In this document: positions 39,901 through 56,516 of the stretch, in pieces
Layout of the letters: each line of letters starts with the position of its first letter
Position numbering within the stretch: the stretch's first letter is position 1
NCBI RefSeq assembly: GCF_009914755.1
Contig: NC_060925.1
Reading direction: 5' to 3' (one strand)
DNA: 64,000 nt
Source: the human T2T-CHM13v2.0 reference genome, Homo sapiens
Notes under the pieces: model-generated
What the model saw: the letters and a program-made list of their open reading frames with translations, nothing else
What the model was told of the DNA's origin: nothing
The model's database searches: none
Program-made: the position numbers and the translations under genes

Positions 39901-40592
39901 CAAAGTACCCTTACTCTCCCCTTTTCTCTCCTCAAGTAGAAAGAAGATATCCCTCTTGGATCTTCAAGCTGCACTGCCTGGGGTTGGGAAAGGAGTAATG
40001 AAAATATTCCTTTGGCTGCCCCAGCTGGTGTCTCATTGGATAATGTGCACCCCAAGTCAACTGGCTTTGAACCCAGCAAAGCACCAGGACTTGCTCAGGA
40101 ATTGCAGTCTTTGTGGCCTGGACTGCCTTTCAAGTTATGTAAGACCACAGAGCATTTTAACCTGTGGTGGTATGGCTTGCTGGAACTCAGGTTTTGACTC
40201 CTGACATGGATAATTTGCCTCTGGCTAGGGCTGGTCTTAATCTTCCCTCCATAGGCTCTGGCTGAATTCTTCCCATGTTGCTTTCTGTAGCAGTGCAGCA
40301 CTGATTCCCACAATCACTTTCTTCCCCCTTCCCCAAGTACACAGCTTCTCTCTCCATGCCATACTGTGCTGCTGGGAGATGGGGGAGGGATGGTATTGGC
40401 AATTCAAGACTGTCTTTCCTACCTTCTTCAGTGCCTCTTTCCTTTTTATGATGTTAAAAGCAAGTACTGTGATAGCTTGCCTGATTTTTGATTCTTACGA
40501 AGGTGCTTTCTTGTGTAGATAGTTGTTCAATTTGTATTCCTCTTGGGGCTATGGCCATTGGAGGGTTCTATGTGGCCATCTTGCTTTGCCTC
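33960..40592 (-). mobile_element. Near-full-length, internally deleted L1MA-type LINE-1 (5'UTR, ORF1, spacer, ORF2 remnant, 3'UTR)
   Basis: 3'UTR from 33960; ORF2 fragments (e.g. 35179-35454 ...KKSGPNGFTAELYQ); ORF1 remnant ~37700-38600; GC-richer 5'UTR to 40592 whose sense start is GGAGGCAAAGCAAGATGGCC. Confidence 0.88.
37130..37675 (+). mobile_element. MLT2A (HERV-L LTR) solo LTR inserted into the L1
   Basis: TG...GAGTGTCAACTTGATTGGATTGAAGGAT...GAGAACCCTGACTAATACA; 5-bp TSD CTCAC/CTCAT. Confidence 0.9.
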
Positions 40593-40604
40593 CACTTTTC
40601 CGTT

Positions 40605-40811
40605 TTTTATTAAACAAATATTTTATTAGGCTTTGATTATTTGCTATGCTTTATACAAGTCTCTGGGTACATAGTGATTAATAAAATAGTCACGGACCCT
40701 GCCTTCATGGAGTTATGTGCAAAATAAGCAATATAAAAGTAAAACACAGTTCAGTATACAATTAGAAAGTATAATGTGTGCCAGGGAGGAACAGAATAAA
40801 TTTTTTGATAG
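40605..40811 (-). mobile_element. L2 3' end (continues at 50090 beyond the provirus)
   Basis: AACAAATATTTTATTAGG...GACCCTGCCTTCATGGAG; continues after 50089 with GGTCAGGAAAGAGATCTCTGAGGAAGTGTCATTTAAGCTG. Confidence 0.65.
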
Positions 40812-41240
40812 TCATAAAAAAACTTCAGCCAAATTAAATTTAAATGAGTTTAATTGAGCAATGAATGATTTGTGAATCAGGCAGACACCAGAATCACAGA
40901 AGGTTCACAGAGATTCCAGGAGTGCCTTGTGGTTAGAACAAATTTATAGACAAAAAAGATCAAGTGAAGCACAGGAATCAGAAGTGAGGTACAGAAACAG
41001 TGAGATTGGTTATAGCTCAGTGTTTGCCTTATTTGCATGCAGTTTGAACATTCAGCAGTCTATGAGTAGTTGAAGTATGGCAGATGGAATTGGCCAACAC
41101 TCAGCCATTGTTACAGGTGCATACTATTAAGTTAGGTTTTCAATTTTGTCTGACTATTAAGCTAGGTTACAGTTCATCTACAAGGATTCAAGTATAGAAG
41201 TATGGAGTCCTTCACAGGCCATATTTACTTCACTTTAACA
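40812..41240 (-). mobile_element. 3' LTR (MER57A-like)
   Basis: Reverse strand begins TGTTAAAGTGAAGTAAATATGGCCTGTGAAGGACTCC; preceded by polypurine tract AAGGGGGGAAT (plus ATTCCCCCCTT, 41241-41251). Confidence 0.9.
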
Positions 41241-42039
41241 ATTCCCCCCTTGTGGTCATTTTCTCAATTTTGAGAGATTGCCCAAAACCTTAGGCATTGA
41301 TGCCACTGTCGCTGTCATAAATGTACCAATATGGTTTTGAAATTCACTGGGAAGCAGTAGAACAGTGAGTTTTGCAAAGAGAATAAGGACTGAATAGGGG
41401 GTACCTCCTTATGCTGGACCATCCTTTTTACAGGAGAAAAACAAAACCTGATCTGTTCTAGTACTTATGTGTTTTCTTAAAGCCTTAGTTTGATTATGTC
41501 ACATTTAGCATGAGTGACTCCATTTTAGTTTGGTTTGGTTTGTTAGGACCTAGTACATGAGTTCAATCCAAAATAATGGCCTCTTGTAATTTTGTTTTTA
41601 AAAAAGTCCCCCCTTTTGGCCAGGTTCTCACTTAGGTGAGAAAGTAATAAAAACTTAGAGCCTTAGCACCATTCTCAGTTACCATCGTTTTGGGTTTCTG
41701 GTCTCAGCATGTCATTCATAGGTCACAGTGTCCTCATGGTCGCACATTTCTTTCTGCTTTTGTCATTCCAGTTGAAGAGAGACCATTTGATGTTCTAGAG
41801 ATGGCTGCATGTGAACATTTAAAATCTTTGAGAGAATACAGTGTACCAGGAAGACCATTATGACTATTGGGAGGATAATGCCAAGAGTTTGGAGTATTCT
41901 CCTTACTCAGGGACCCCACAAACCAAACTACTTAAAATTAGATAGATTAAAGAATGAGCTAGATGAAGAGTCTACTCACTTGACTAAGTGGTCTTTTCAT
42001 TAATCCCCTACAACTGAATTTTTATAATTTACATTTTAT

Positions 42040-42330
42040 AGATTTCTCCATAGGCCACAAATGTCAGCAACTGCACAGGTGCTTCTCTGTTTAGTCAATT
42101 CTATTATTTAGCATAACTTTCACAAGAGAATTTAAAGTCTGTTGTGCGATAATAGCCTTTAAAGTACAATTTGCTGTAGAACCTATTATGAGGGAGATAT
42201 TTCTAATTATTGCCTCTTTTATTCTAAACCATGGAAAAAGGACCTAACAAATGATGTCCTTCTAGAAGACTGAAGGCCTCCTGGCAATGTTCTCTTTATT
42301 CCAGGTTGTGGGTTAAGAGGAGTTTTGACT
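42040..42330 (-). pseudogene. env remnant of the MER57-type provirus
   Basis: Minus strand reads GIKR/TLPGG (furin-like SU/TM boundary) near 42300, and AQQTLNSLVKVMLNNRI followed by KQRSTCAVAD near 42150-42065 (truncated ISD and start of CX6CC). Confidence 0.65.
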
Positions 42331-44409
42331 GATTATAAGGCAATGTATGTACCACTAATGTTTCTCACCTACATTGGGCCTTCATCTTTTATCTGTTGAA
42401 GTGTAAGGTTATTCATGTATAAGGCTGGCTGCAAAATCCTTCATAAATAAAAGTATACATTATAAGTGCACATAGTAGATTCTCTTTTTATTTCTACTGT
42501 TCACAGAGGCATAAATAAGGAAAAAATATTTAAAGATAAGAGTCTAGTGATAGTAGAAGTTTTGATCCATGATGTTGGGAAAAGCTGTTAACATTAAGGA
42601 TGCCATCTTCTTCTGGGGAAAAACTTTCCTGGTTAGTTTTACTTTAAGGGTACCAATGGGTGTACAGTTCCAGGAGTGTGGAGAGACCCTTCTCAGTTGT
42701 GAGATTATGAACCCAAGGTTCAAGACTCCAAAGTTTTGCTGTAGTGTAAATGGCAAGGACAGTCTTTCTCTGATGTTCTCAGAAGATCCAAACTCTGGGT
42801 TCTAGATTGTGAAGGAATTGTACTCAGTGAACCATAAAAAAAGTTCTTTTCCTGGTGAAAATTCACTGTAGCATAATAATCTGCTCTTATAACATCAGGC
42901 CTCTTGAATGGGAAAGCTTTTATACAACCAGAAAACATGCATTGAAAATGACAATTGAATGAAATCCCTTTATAAATGTTTAAATGGCCCATGAGGTAGC
43001 CAAATGTACCTCAAACTTTGATTATCATTCCAGGAATATGGAACCAAAAACTTATTTTAAACTATTTCTGTAATTTATAACTCACTACATCAATATATTC
43101 AATTTGGATTAATTTTTCTTTTCCATGATGAGTCATGGAATGCAGAACCTTAATAATAAAAGCTTTAAGGAATCAGGAAGGACAAGGTGGCTGTCCTGGT
43201 TCTTCATGAGTCCATGCTTAACACTGGACTTAAGTCCTCTTGAATACTAGTTGTTTCTCCAATTTAGGTGCAAAGCAATGATAACTAATAGGTTATCAGA
43301 GGTAATTTAACTTAGACCATGGAGTTCATTCAAATTGCATATTTAAACAATTTTAATGTTGGCTGGTTTTGCATGATAATCTAGAGCTTGATTTTGAAAA
43401 GTTTGTTAAATACCAAAGTTTAAAACATTGGATATTACAAAATATAATCTTAGCTTACCATAAGTAATTCATTTAGCCAAAATGATAACTCAAAAAAATT
43501 TTAAAGGAAAAAACATTATTCTGATAGATAGGAGTCTTTTAGCTTTCCAAAGAAGACTCAATGAAGATAGCATGAGGCCTACTGACTCTGTCTCCTTTCT
43601 TTCCTCCCCACCCCCTTTTTTTGTAGTTTACTAAAAAGGTAAACAAAAACCTTTCATTATCTTTTAATATTACATAAAAGTCTTCTTTAAAAGAGAAAAA
43701 CAAATTTCATGTTTCCAGTAGTATATTGTTGATGTTAAAGCTAGTTTTTAAATAACATTTTATAAATCTATTTTTTTAGTTTGACTATAATTTAAGATTT
43801 TTGTAAACCTTTTATAATCCTTTACTTTTTTTTCTCAGAGCAGAACAATGTTCTGATAAAACTCTGTTGTGCTTTTATTCCAATGTCCAATTTATGGAAA
43901 AAAACTGAATAATGCCATTTTAATTTTAGCCAATATGTCCACACATCGAAGTTTTTACAATTAATTTTTTATAAACCTTCCACAACTTGTTCACACCTTT
44001 ACCTTTTTTAAAATTTAAAGCAATCCTTTCACCCTCTAACCTAGCAAAAGTTTACATTTCCATTCCTTCTTATAATCTCTTAAAAAACACATTTTATTCT
44101 CCTTGCACACCTTGTATGAAAACTTATTTTTTCATTAGTCTCAATTACATATTACAATGTTTACTCTTTTGGTAAAATGTTGGTATTTACTTTTACTTTT
44201 GGTGAAATTCTTGGTAAATAAAGGATTTTAATTACGTAGAAGGTGTGAAGCCTAGGACCCAGACAGAAATGCAGATAAAGCCTGACTCTTTCCAGTCTCT
44301 AACTCCACATGTCCCAGGCCTTACATAGGTGTAAAGCAAGCAGGCTGTACAGTTATGAGTCATAGTGACATTTTATGAAGCATTTAGGAGGTCTAATCAT
44401 CTTTAAATT

Positions 44410-47074
<2,665 letters not shown>

Positions 47075-49636
47075 AATCATCTTTAAATTGTACAACATTT
47101 CTGGCTTAAATTTCTTTTCATAAATTCTTTCGTGACTTACACAGACCATGTATGACATGTTTAGACTTTCTGACGTGCCCTAAACATCTTTCTTTTTAAA
47201 CAACCAGTCATTTTACTTTAGTACAAAGATTTACCATACAACAACCTTTCTTACATAAAATCTTTCTTCTTTATAACCTTCTTTTCATAGCTAGGGGGCA
47301 TGGCTAATTCCATATATACTCAGACCTTATTTAGAATTTAATGTCTCCAAAATAAATTGAACAATTTTTAAAAGTCAAAGCAGTTTATGACCTTAAAGCA
47401 TTTAGCAAACCTCATATTTGTCCTGCATAATTTAGACAAAATGTCTTTATTTTATCAATAATCTTCAAAGCTGTTTTTATTTCCCAAAGATTACTAAATT
47501 CACATGAACCAAAAGGCATTACACTTTTTATATTGCTTTCAAAATATTTGATTTAAGTGCTTATTTGTGTTTAAACCAATTAATTAGAGCTCTTTTATAT
47601 AAACGTTAAATACAACACATATATATTTACACAGACAGAAAGACAGAATATTACTGCAGTAGTTGTAAGATTTTTCATTTCCCATTTTTTAAGTTTCTTA
47701 ATTGGTTATTGGCTTTAGGGTGGAGTCCTTGGAAGAACAGGACCAGGAAAGGGATTTGTTGGGCCTCCTGTTTTTCCTAAGAAGTCTAGGCTATCAGAGC
47801 TTGAATATCCACTTTTAAGTAAGCTGACTTTTAACCATAGCACTCTTTAATAAAGTACTTTTGAAATTTTTTATTACCTGAATTTAGCCAGACCAAACAG
47901 CTGATATTTCTGGCTTTTGAACTTTACCAAAGGTAACCTCCCAGGTGCTCAGAGAAAGGAAAATTTCAGATAGTCCATGGAGGAGAATAGACTAGAAAAG
48001 TTCCGCAGATATTAAACCAAAAAGGACTTACTTCCTAAGCAGGGAATTCAACCTGGACTGCCAGTGTGAAAGGCAAAACCTTAGCTACTGAGTTACAGCA
48101 TAGGCATTCTCCACTACTCTTCCTGAAAGGTATCCAGAGTAGTTAACTTTGAGCTTGCAAAGGCTTTTAACTACTCAAGATAATGTTTAGAGCTAACTCT
48201 GACATAAACCTCCAAATTCCTTTTCCCTAGAATGCAGAGACCAAGAGAAAGTACTGCCTTTTATTTACAAGGTCAAGCTCCCAAGGACATAAAACAAAAT
48301 GGAGATAAACAGTGATTTTTACCATTCATTTGACCATTTGCACAGAGAGAGAGAAGCCAGAAATCTGACTGGTAAGAAATTCTTACCCTTTTGCCAGCAT
48401 GCCAGGCTTCTAGGTTCACTTTCCCTGAGCGGCCCTGGTGACTCAGCTTGCTGCACTATCATGGTGGGGCCAAGTTGCATCAAAAGGAAAAATTATCCTT
48501 TTTTGTTCTGGCCACAGAACATAGACATTAGCCACTCTGATTAGCACCCAATATCAAACTGTCAAGGCTCAAGCTTGCCCCTGGTTGGGCCCCATCATCG
48601 TTAATCCAATCTCCAACCAGGAGTTTCAACATGTGGTCTCTGGGCAAGATGGTCACCTTGAGTAATAGAAACGATAAGAAAGGGAAAGGAGAGAGAGAAA
48701 AGCATTGCCTGTGACAGGATGGGGAAGGCAAAATGATCAGGGAGGCCAGAGAAAGACCCACTCATTGCAGCAACACTGAAAAGTTCAGGCAGCTGCTTCT
48801 CAGTAGCAAAGGGATCTTTTCCAGCAATCCCATCATCTCTCAAGTTTCCCCTTCTAGGGAGGAAAAAGCTCCCCATATCCCACAATCTGTCACCTACAGC
48901 CATTAGTAAAGAGTGCAAGGTAGACTACTCCAAAAAGAATAGCAGTTGACATGCTGTAGTGTCAAACCCAATCTTAGCCAAAAGGGACTTTACCAAGAGC
49001 CCTCATTTTTAAAATGTACTTCAGTACATTGTTGTTCATTCTGAACATTCCACTGTAAGTTATTTTTAGTAATATTTTGCTGTTTCTCTAAGACTTTGCT
49101 GCCTCCCAGGCCTAATGTATAAGCCAGAAGGAACTCAGTTTTCCAGAAATTAAGGATCCCATTTTTATCTAAAATATTGGCTTTACTCTCAGGTTCTCTT
49201 GATTAACTTAGCCAATGACTTTTTCCTACCTTAGCACGCAAGAAAAATAATACAAAGGGGTATAACACAAAAATCCCATGAATTTTCAAAAGCCAAATTT
49301 TATAACCCCTGCAATATTACTGCTTACTACCAGTTCCTTTCTGAACAAGTCAGATGTAAGAGGCCTCTAATGAGATCCCAAACAGTTAATTCCCGAATCA
49401 AATCCATTCCTGGACCCAGTCCAGTTTCTGTCAGAATGCCAAACCCAGTTTGGATCAGAAATTTGCTCAAAGAAACTCGGAGAACTCAAAACACAAATCT
49501 GTGGAGCTCCAAAATCTGAGAGGGAGCTTACCCACAATCCCCAGCTACTCTGAGAGATCAATTGACACACGTGGGTCCTGCAGGTAACTTGAATGTTCAC
49601 TCAGAGCTCCTGGGGGTCACTAGAAGCTCCACTTCG

Positions 49637-49657
49637 GATCCCATTTCTGACATAATC
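49637..49657 (-). promoter_or_regulatory. Primer-binding site, tRNA-Leu type (degenerate)
   Basis: Minus strand GATTATGTCAGAAATGGGATCC directly after the 5' LTR, similar to TGGTGTCAGAAGTGGGAT (complement of the tRNA-Leu 3' end). Confidence 0.7.
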
Positions 49658-50089
49658 TGATAAAATAAGAACTTTAGCCTAATTAAATTTAAAAGAGTTT
49701 AATTGAATAATGAATGATTCGCAAATCAGGCAGACCCCAGAATCACAGAAGATTCACAGAGACTCCAGGGGTGCCTCATGGTCAGAACAAATTTATAGAC
49801 AAAAAAGATAAAGTGATGTACAGGAATCAGAAGTGAGGTACAGAAACAGTGAGATTGGTTACAGCTTGGCATTTGCCTTATTTGAAGGCGGTTTGAACAT
49901 TCAGCAGTCTATGAGTGGTTGAAGTATGGCCACTGGGTTTGGCCAACACACAGCCAGTGTTACAGGTGCATATTATTAAGTTAGATTTCCTATTTTGTCT
50001 GACTATTAAGCTAGGTTACAGTTCATCCACAATGACTCAAATATAGAAACACAGAGTCATTCTTAAGCCATGTTTTGTCTGCTTTAATA
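49658..50089 (-). mobile_element. 5' LTR (MER57A-like)
   Basis: Colinear direct repeat of 40812-41240. Confidence 0.9.
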
Positions 50090-51050
50090 ATGAATGGAAG
50101 AAATTTTGCAGTTTGGTCAGGAAAGAGATCTCTGAGGAAGTGTCATTTAAGCTGTTACCTGAAGTTTGAAAGAAAACAACCAAATTGAAAACAATCAATT
50201 AAAGATGGGATGCATATTCAGAAGAGTAAATGGCATGGGGCAGAGGGAGGAGGGTGGTAAGAAAAATCTTGGCATGATTTAGGAGAAGAAAACCCTTTCA
50301 GTTGCGGGAGTATGAGGAGTGATGAAGAGTAGCAGTCATTTTGAATGGTGATCAGGGGACAGATCATATTTGGCATCATAGAACATGGTAAGTGTTTTTT
50401 GTTTTTTTTTTCTAATCCAATCTAAGTGCAAAGTGATATCATTGGGAATTTTCAATTAGTAGATTAATGTGATTCCAATCTATGTCTTAAAAGATCATTC
50501 CATTTAGTGGCTAGATAATGGTTAGGAAAGGGGCAAAAATAGACTAAAAACCAGTTGAGTGACACAGTAGAGAATGAAGCAAAAACAGATAATGACATGA
50601 AATAGAGTTGTATCACTGAACATAAAATGATAATGACAATAATGACAAAAACAATAACAACAATTATAGTAGTCAGCCTTCACTGAGAACTTATGATGTG
50701 TCAAACATCATGTTAGACAATTTACATGTGAGTTATTATAACTCATATGGTAAGGAGATATAGCTTAGAAAAGTTTTCACTTGTTAAGATCACACACCTA
50801 GTGATAGGTTAGAACAGGCATTTAGGAACCCTGATTTCACAGTTCATGCTCTTAATTATAATGCAGTACCACCTCACTGTAAAACAAGTGGGTAGAGACA
50901 GGTTTTAATGTAGAATCTATAAAATTTAGAAATGGGTTGGCTATAAAGTTAAGTGAGAGAATGAGGGTCAGAGAATCAAAAATTGCTGAATTTCTATAAA
51001 TTATTGTTAAAATCACTGTGTGTGTATTGGGACAAGATAGTTTATGAGTA
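50090..51050 (-). mobile_element. L2 continuation with nested MIR (~50660-50880)
   Basis: L2-like GGGACAGATCAT...TCTTAAAAGATCATTC; MIR-like AAGATCACACACCTAGTGA...CATGCTCTTAATTA. Confidence 0.55.
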
Positions 51051-51064
51051 GTATAAGAATACTC

Positions 51065-52482
51065 ATGTTACTCAACTTCATACTATAGTACAAGGCTTCA
51101 GTGACCAAAACAACATGGTACTTGCACAAAAACAGGCACATAGACCAATGTGGCAGAATAGAGAGCCCAGAAATAGGGCCACACATATATGACCATCTGA
51201 GCTAACAAAAACAAGCAGTGGGGAAAAGACTACCTATTCAATAAATGGTGCTGGGTAGCCATATGCAGAAGATTGAAGCTGGACCCCTTTCTTATATCAT
51301 ATACAAAAATCAACTCAAGTTGTATTAAAGACTTAAATGTAAAACCCCAAACCATAAAAACCTCAGAAGATAACCTAGGATACCATCCTGGATATAGGAA
51401 CGAGCAAAGATTTCATGACAAAAACACCAAAAGCAATCATAAAACAAAAGTTGACAAGTGATATCTAAGTAAACTTAAGAGCTTCTGCACAACTAAAGAA
51501 ACTATCAACAGAGTAAATAGACAACCTACAGAATGGGAGAAAATGTTTGCAAACTGCACATTTGACAAAGGTCTAATATCCTTCATCATGTAAGGAACTT
51601 AAACAAATTTATAGGAAAAACAGACAACTCCATCAAAAAGTGGGGAAAGGATATGAACAGACACTTTTCAAAAGAAGGCATACATGCGGCCAACAAGCAT
51701 ATGAAAAAAAGCTCGCTATCACAGATCATTAGAGAAAGGCAAATCAAAACCACAGTAAGATACCATCTCACAATAGTCAGAATGATTATTATCAAAAAGT
51801 CAAAAATGACAGATGCTGGTAAGGTTGCAGAGAAAAATGAACCCTTGAACACACTGGTGGGAGTGTAAATTACTTCAACCATTGTGAAAAGAAGTATGGT
51901 GATTCCTCAAAGAGCTAAAAGCAGAAGTACAATTTATCCAGCAATCCCATTACTGGATATAGAGCCAGAGGACTATAAAGCATTCTAAAATAAAGACACA
52001 TGCACACAAATGTTCACTGAAGCATTGTTCACAATAGCAAAGGCATGGCATCAACCTAAATGCCCATCAATGACAGACTGAATAAATAAAATGTGGTACA
52101 TACACACAATGGAACATTATGCAGCCATAAAAAAGAATGAGATCATGTCTTTGGTGGGAACATGGATGGAGCTGGAGGTTATCATCCTTAGCAAACTGAA
52201 ACAGAAACAGAAAATCAAATATTGCGTATTTTCACTTATAAGTGGGAGCTAAATGATAAGAGCTTATGAACACAAAGAAGGAAACAACAGACACTGGGGT
52301 CTACTTGAGGCAGGAGGGTAGGAGGAGGGAGAAGAACAGAAAATATAACTATTGAGTACTGGTTTTAATACCAGGATGGTGTAATACTATGTTCAACAAA
52401 TCCCTGGGACACGTGTTTATCTATGTAACAAACTACTACATGTACCCCCAAACCTAAAATAAAAATTAAAAAAAATAAAAAT
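51065..52482 (+). mobile_element. L1PA11-13-like LINE-1 3' fragment
   Basis: ORF2 C-terminal fragments (51273-51461, 51653-51868); 3'UTR CTTATGAACACAAAGAAGGAAACAACAGACACTGGGGTCTACTTGAGG; A-rich tail. Confidence 0.88.
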
Positions 52483-54622
52483 ATGACAAAGTGTGTTCTT
52501 GAAGATTATCTATGTAAAGATGGTAGAGATAACAAGAAAAACTATATGGAAATTCAACATTTTGTGTATATCATACATGAAAAATGAGAAAAAAAGGAAA
52601 CGGTCTCAGAAAAACAAGCCAGAGAGGTGGAAGTAAAAATCCAGGAGTATATGAGAGCAACGTAAGGGGAGAGTTGTCACAGGAGCTTACTGTTCTTGAG
52701 GTGTTGAGAGAAACAGGGAATTAGAAATGTCTGATTTGAAAAGAGAGCTGATGTGTCATCTCAAATGAGCATTTTAATGAAGTAGAGAGTGCAAGTCAGG
52801 CTGGAGTATGTCTGAAGTGCTTAAAGGGATGTGAAAATTTGAAGACAGTGTATGCAAACAACACTGTCATGGTAGCAAATAAATAGATATTTGCTTATAT
52901 TATTTCTACAAATAGTATTAAAGAAATTGAAGAGTTGAAAATAGGGAGACTAAAGAAGAACTGTAGATGATTTGAGGAGTTAAGAGGTTTAAAACAGATT
53001 AAAATATGGAATATTCAAGAAAATAATTACTAAAGCAATGTTAAGGATTGCTGGGTAACACACACTCATTGAGTGTGTAATTATAAATTTATATTGACCT
53101 CTATTTTCTTGTGTATAATTTTCTACATCCATGTTCAGCTTCATGAAATCAGGTGTAGAGAAACTAAATAATGAGTTCATCTAGAATGATGTATTCCAAT
53201 TCTTCCCTATAGGAAAGACAGTCAGTAGAAATTAGGAAATTGTAAGGGATTGATTATTATAATAAATTGTAGAATATTAACAGAAAAAAAAGAGACACAT
53301 GAAAATAGGTGGAAGTTGAAAAAGAAAAACAAACAAACAAACAAACAAACAAAAACCATATATATATATATTTGGACCAAAACTTGAAATTAAGAATTGG
53401 GATGCTTATGATTTTGGAGCCATTACCAACTCTGACACTGATAAGATCAAGAGTATCACCAAGATCCTGAGCTAGAGTGAAGGTTGAGGAAGATAGAGAG
53501 GTCTGGGAATTACTATAATGTACTGTTGCATGACTTGTCCAGGTAGATGTTTATAGCATAATGACATGAATCAAGGTGGAAAGGTGCTTGAGTTTCCAGT
53601 GAGTGAAGTGCACTGAATTTCACAGATAATTACAAAGAGAAGGGGAGAAATAAGTAACTTATTTGATAAAAACTTCAGAAGTACAGGAAATATTTTAAAA
53701 AGAGTAGAGAATGATTTTCATTAACAATATGCAATAGGATGCACTATATTGACCCATCAACCCTGAAGGATGAGAGGTTCCCTCAGAAAAACTGCCCCTA
53801 CTTAGGTGTGCTATAGACAAAGCATCATTCTCTTTATGTCGCCATTTAAATTAACAATGTCTCTTCTATAATTTTCTTATTTGATGTAGAATAGATTTTT
53901 CAAAAAGTATAAGCACAATCCTTCTTCCTTATTTTCCAAGCTCACTACAAATTTCCCAAATGTGAGGAGAAATTGGAAGGGAGTCCACTGGAGAATATTC
54001 ATTAAAAACAAAAGCAAGTTAATGAGACTTCCATTTCTGGACAAGAAAAAGTAACTGGGACAGGATTTACACTCTGAGAGCCCCAATTTCATATATGAAA
54101 TAATATAATACATATCATAATGTGAAATAGTATTTTCAAGACATTAGATATTAAGCAATGTATTATTGTGGTCCCTGAGAGATGGAAAAAAGTAGAAGTT
54201 AGCTCTACATTTTCTCAGCTAGGAGAGTTTTAAGGACAAGAGACAGGGATAAGAAATCTAGGCAAAGCCCAGATGACTCCCATAGTTGATAAGACATTGC
54301 TGAGAGTCTGGGGACACCAAGGTTGGCTAGAGTTTGCAAGACAGAGCATAAGAGACAAGAAGATGCACAGATAAAGTACCCCAGAGGTCTGCAGAGGGTC
54401 CTGCTTATGTATTCAACAGAATACTAATCACTGTATACATGAGAAGAAAGTAATCAGAAAAAGTGTCTCTCAAAGGATTAGCGAGAACAGCACTGAATGC
54501 TCACAGTGAACTCAGAATAGTGGGTGTTCCCACCAGCCAGATGGAACAACTTTGTAATTCACAGAGTATTGGGTAGATAATTCAGAAGAGTCTTTTCTCG
54601 GTAGTTGAGAGTAATTCATCAG

Positions 54623-54914
54623 TGCTATCGTTTGAATGTGTCCCCTAAAGTTCATGTGTCAGAAACTAATCTCTAATGCAACTGTGTGAGAAATGAGACC
54701 TTCAAGAGCTGAATAAGTTATAAAGGGTCTGCCTTTAGATTAATGTCATTATCAGGGAGCATGAGACAGCAAGAAGTTCTCTACCAGGTGTGAGTCCCCA
54801 GATCTTGGACTTCCAAGCCTCCAGAATTAAGAAATAAATTTCTTTTCTTTTTAAATGATCCAAATTATGTGGTCTGTAGTATTCTGTTATAGCTACACAA
54901 AACAGCCTAAAACC
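54623..54914 (+). mobile_element. MST-type (MSTB-like) MaLR LTR
   Basis: TGCTATCGTTTGAATGTGTCCCC..AAAGTTCATGTG...ATCTTGGACTTCC..GCCTCCAGAA...GTATTCTGTTATAGC. Confidence 0.8.
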
Positions 54915-56516
54915 TAGTCTTAACACTGTGCTGCCCTGCCTAACAAAGCTTAAAAGCAACATTTGAAAAGAATAAATGGTTTCTAAATAAATAAAATGCA
55001 TCTTTGAATGAAGCTCTAGAATAATTATAGAAGTACCAAAATATAATTTATAGAAGTACTAAAATATCCAGCACAGAAAAAGGTAAAATTCACAATATCT
55101 GGTATCCAATCAAAATTCCAAAGTATGCAAAAAAGCAGAATATAGAATGAGTTGAAAATCAACATTTGAAACTCACCTAGACCTGAAGTGGATGTTAGAA
55201 TTAGAAAATAAAGTTGTTAAAACAGTTGGTGCATTCAATTACATGTAGTCAAACAGTAAGTAGAGAAATGGAATATGTAAAAATGATACGAATTGTACTT
55301 CCAGGAATGAAAACTGAAATGTCTGAGATCAAAAATATACTGGATGGAATTAATGGAACATAAGACAATACAGAAAAAAGAATAATTAAAGACATAGCAA
55401 TAGAAATCATATAAAAATAAATACAGGAGAAAAGAACAATAAAAACTTTAGTAAAGACCACTTTTCCAAATTTGATGAGAATTATAAACCTACGTATACA
55501 ATAAATCCCAAGCACACACACACAAAGAAATAAACTACACCAAGGTACATTACAATTAAATTACTCAAAACTACGGATAAAGAAAATATCTTAAGCATCC
55601 AGAGACAAGGGACACATTATGAACACAGGGAAAACAGTCAGAGTTAGATTACCAGCACATTTTTTTCTGGAAACAAGGAAACTTTAATGTATTGAAAAAT
55701 AAAAATTAACAACCTAGGCTTTTAAGCTGAGGAAAATATCTTGCAAAATTAAAGGTAAAGTAAAAACTTTTAAAGATAATTCATCACTAACAGACTTGCA
55801 TGACAAGAAATGCTAACAGAAATCTTTCAAGTGGAAGGAAAATGACACCAAATGAAAATGTGAATCTACCCCCAAAAATAAAGAGCAACTGAAATGGCAA
55901 TTACATCAGTAAATATACCAGGCTTTTTTTTATATAACCTTTCCTACAAAACACTGATAGTTTAAAAAGATAATAATGATGATACAGTGTGGAGTTTCAA
56001 ATATGTAGAAGTATAATTGTGTATCTTATAAAAACTGGAAGAAAATAAAAATAAGTAAACTATTGTTAAGTATTCTACATTATGTAAAGTTGTATAATAG
56101 CACTTGAAGCTAGGTGGCGATAAGTTAAAGATGTATATTATAAAGCATGAAACAACTACTTAAATTATAAAATGAGTTTTAACAAATAAGCAAAAAGTCA
56201 AATGAAGTAAACTTAAAATTCAATTCCAAAGAAAGCAGAAAAAGAGGAAAAGGGGAACAAAGAATAGAAGGCACATATATAAAACAAAGAGCCAGATAGA
56301 TTTAAACATAACCAAATACAGATAATTATATTAAATGTAAATGTTCTAAACACCTTAATTAAAAGGGAATTCAAAGTTTAAATATAAATACAAAACTAAA
56401 TTGAAAGTAAATGAATGAAAAAAGAAATATCATGTTTATACTAATCAAAAGAAAGTTAGAATGCCTATACTAATATTAAGAAGATTAGATTTCAGAGCAG
56501 TAAATACTGCCTAGTG

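Noticed and set aside
38764-40402. Cluster of overlapping 60-144-aa ORFs
   Set aside because: Chance ORFs in the GC-richer L1 5'UTR; no recognisable domains.
49637-49657. tRNA-like sequence
   Set aside because: Only an ~18-nt match to a tRNA 3' end next to an LTR, i.e. a PBS; no cloverleaf.
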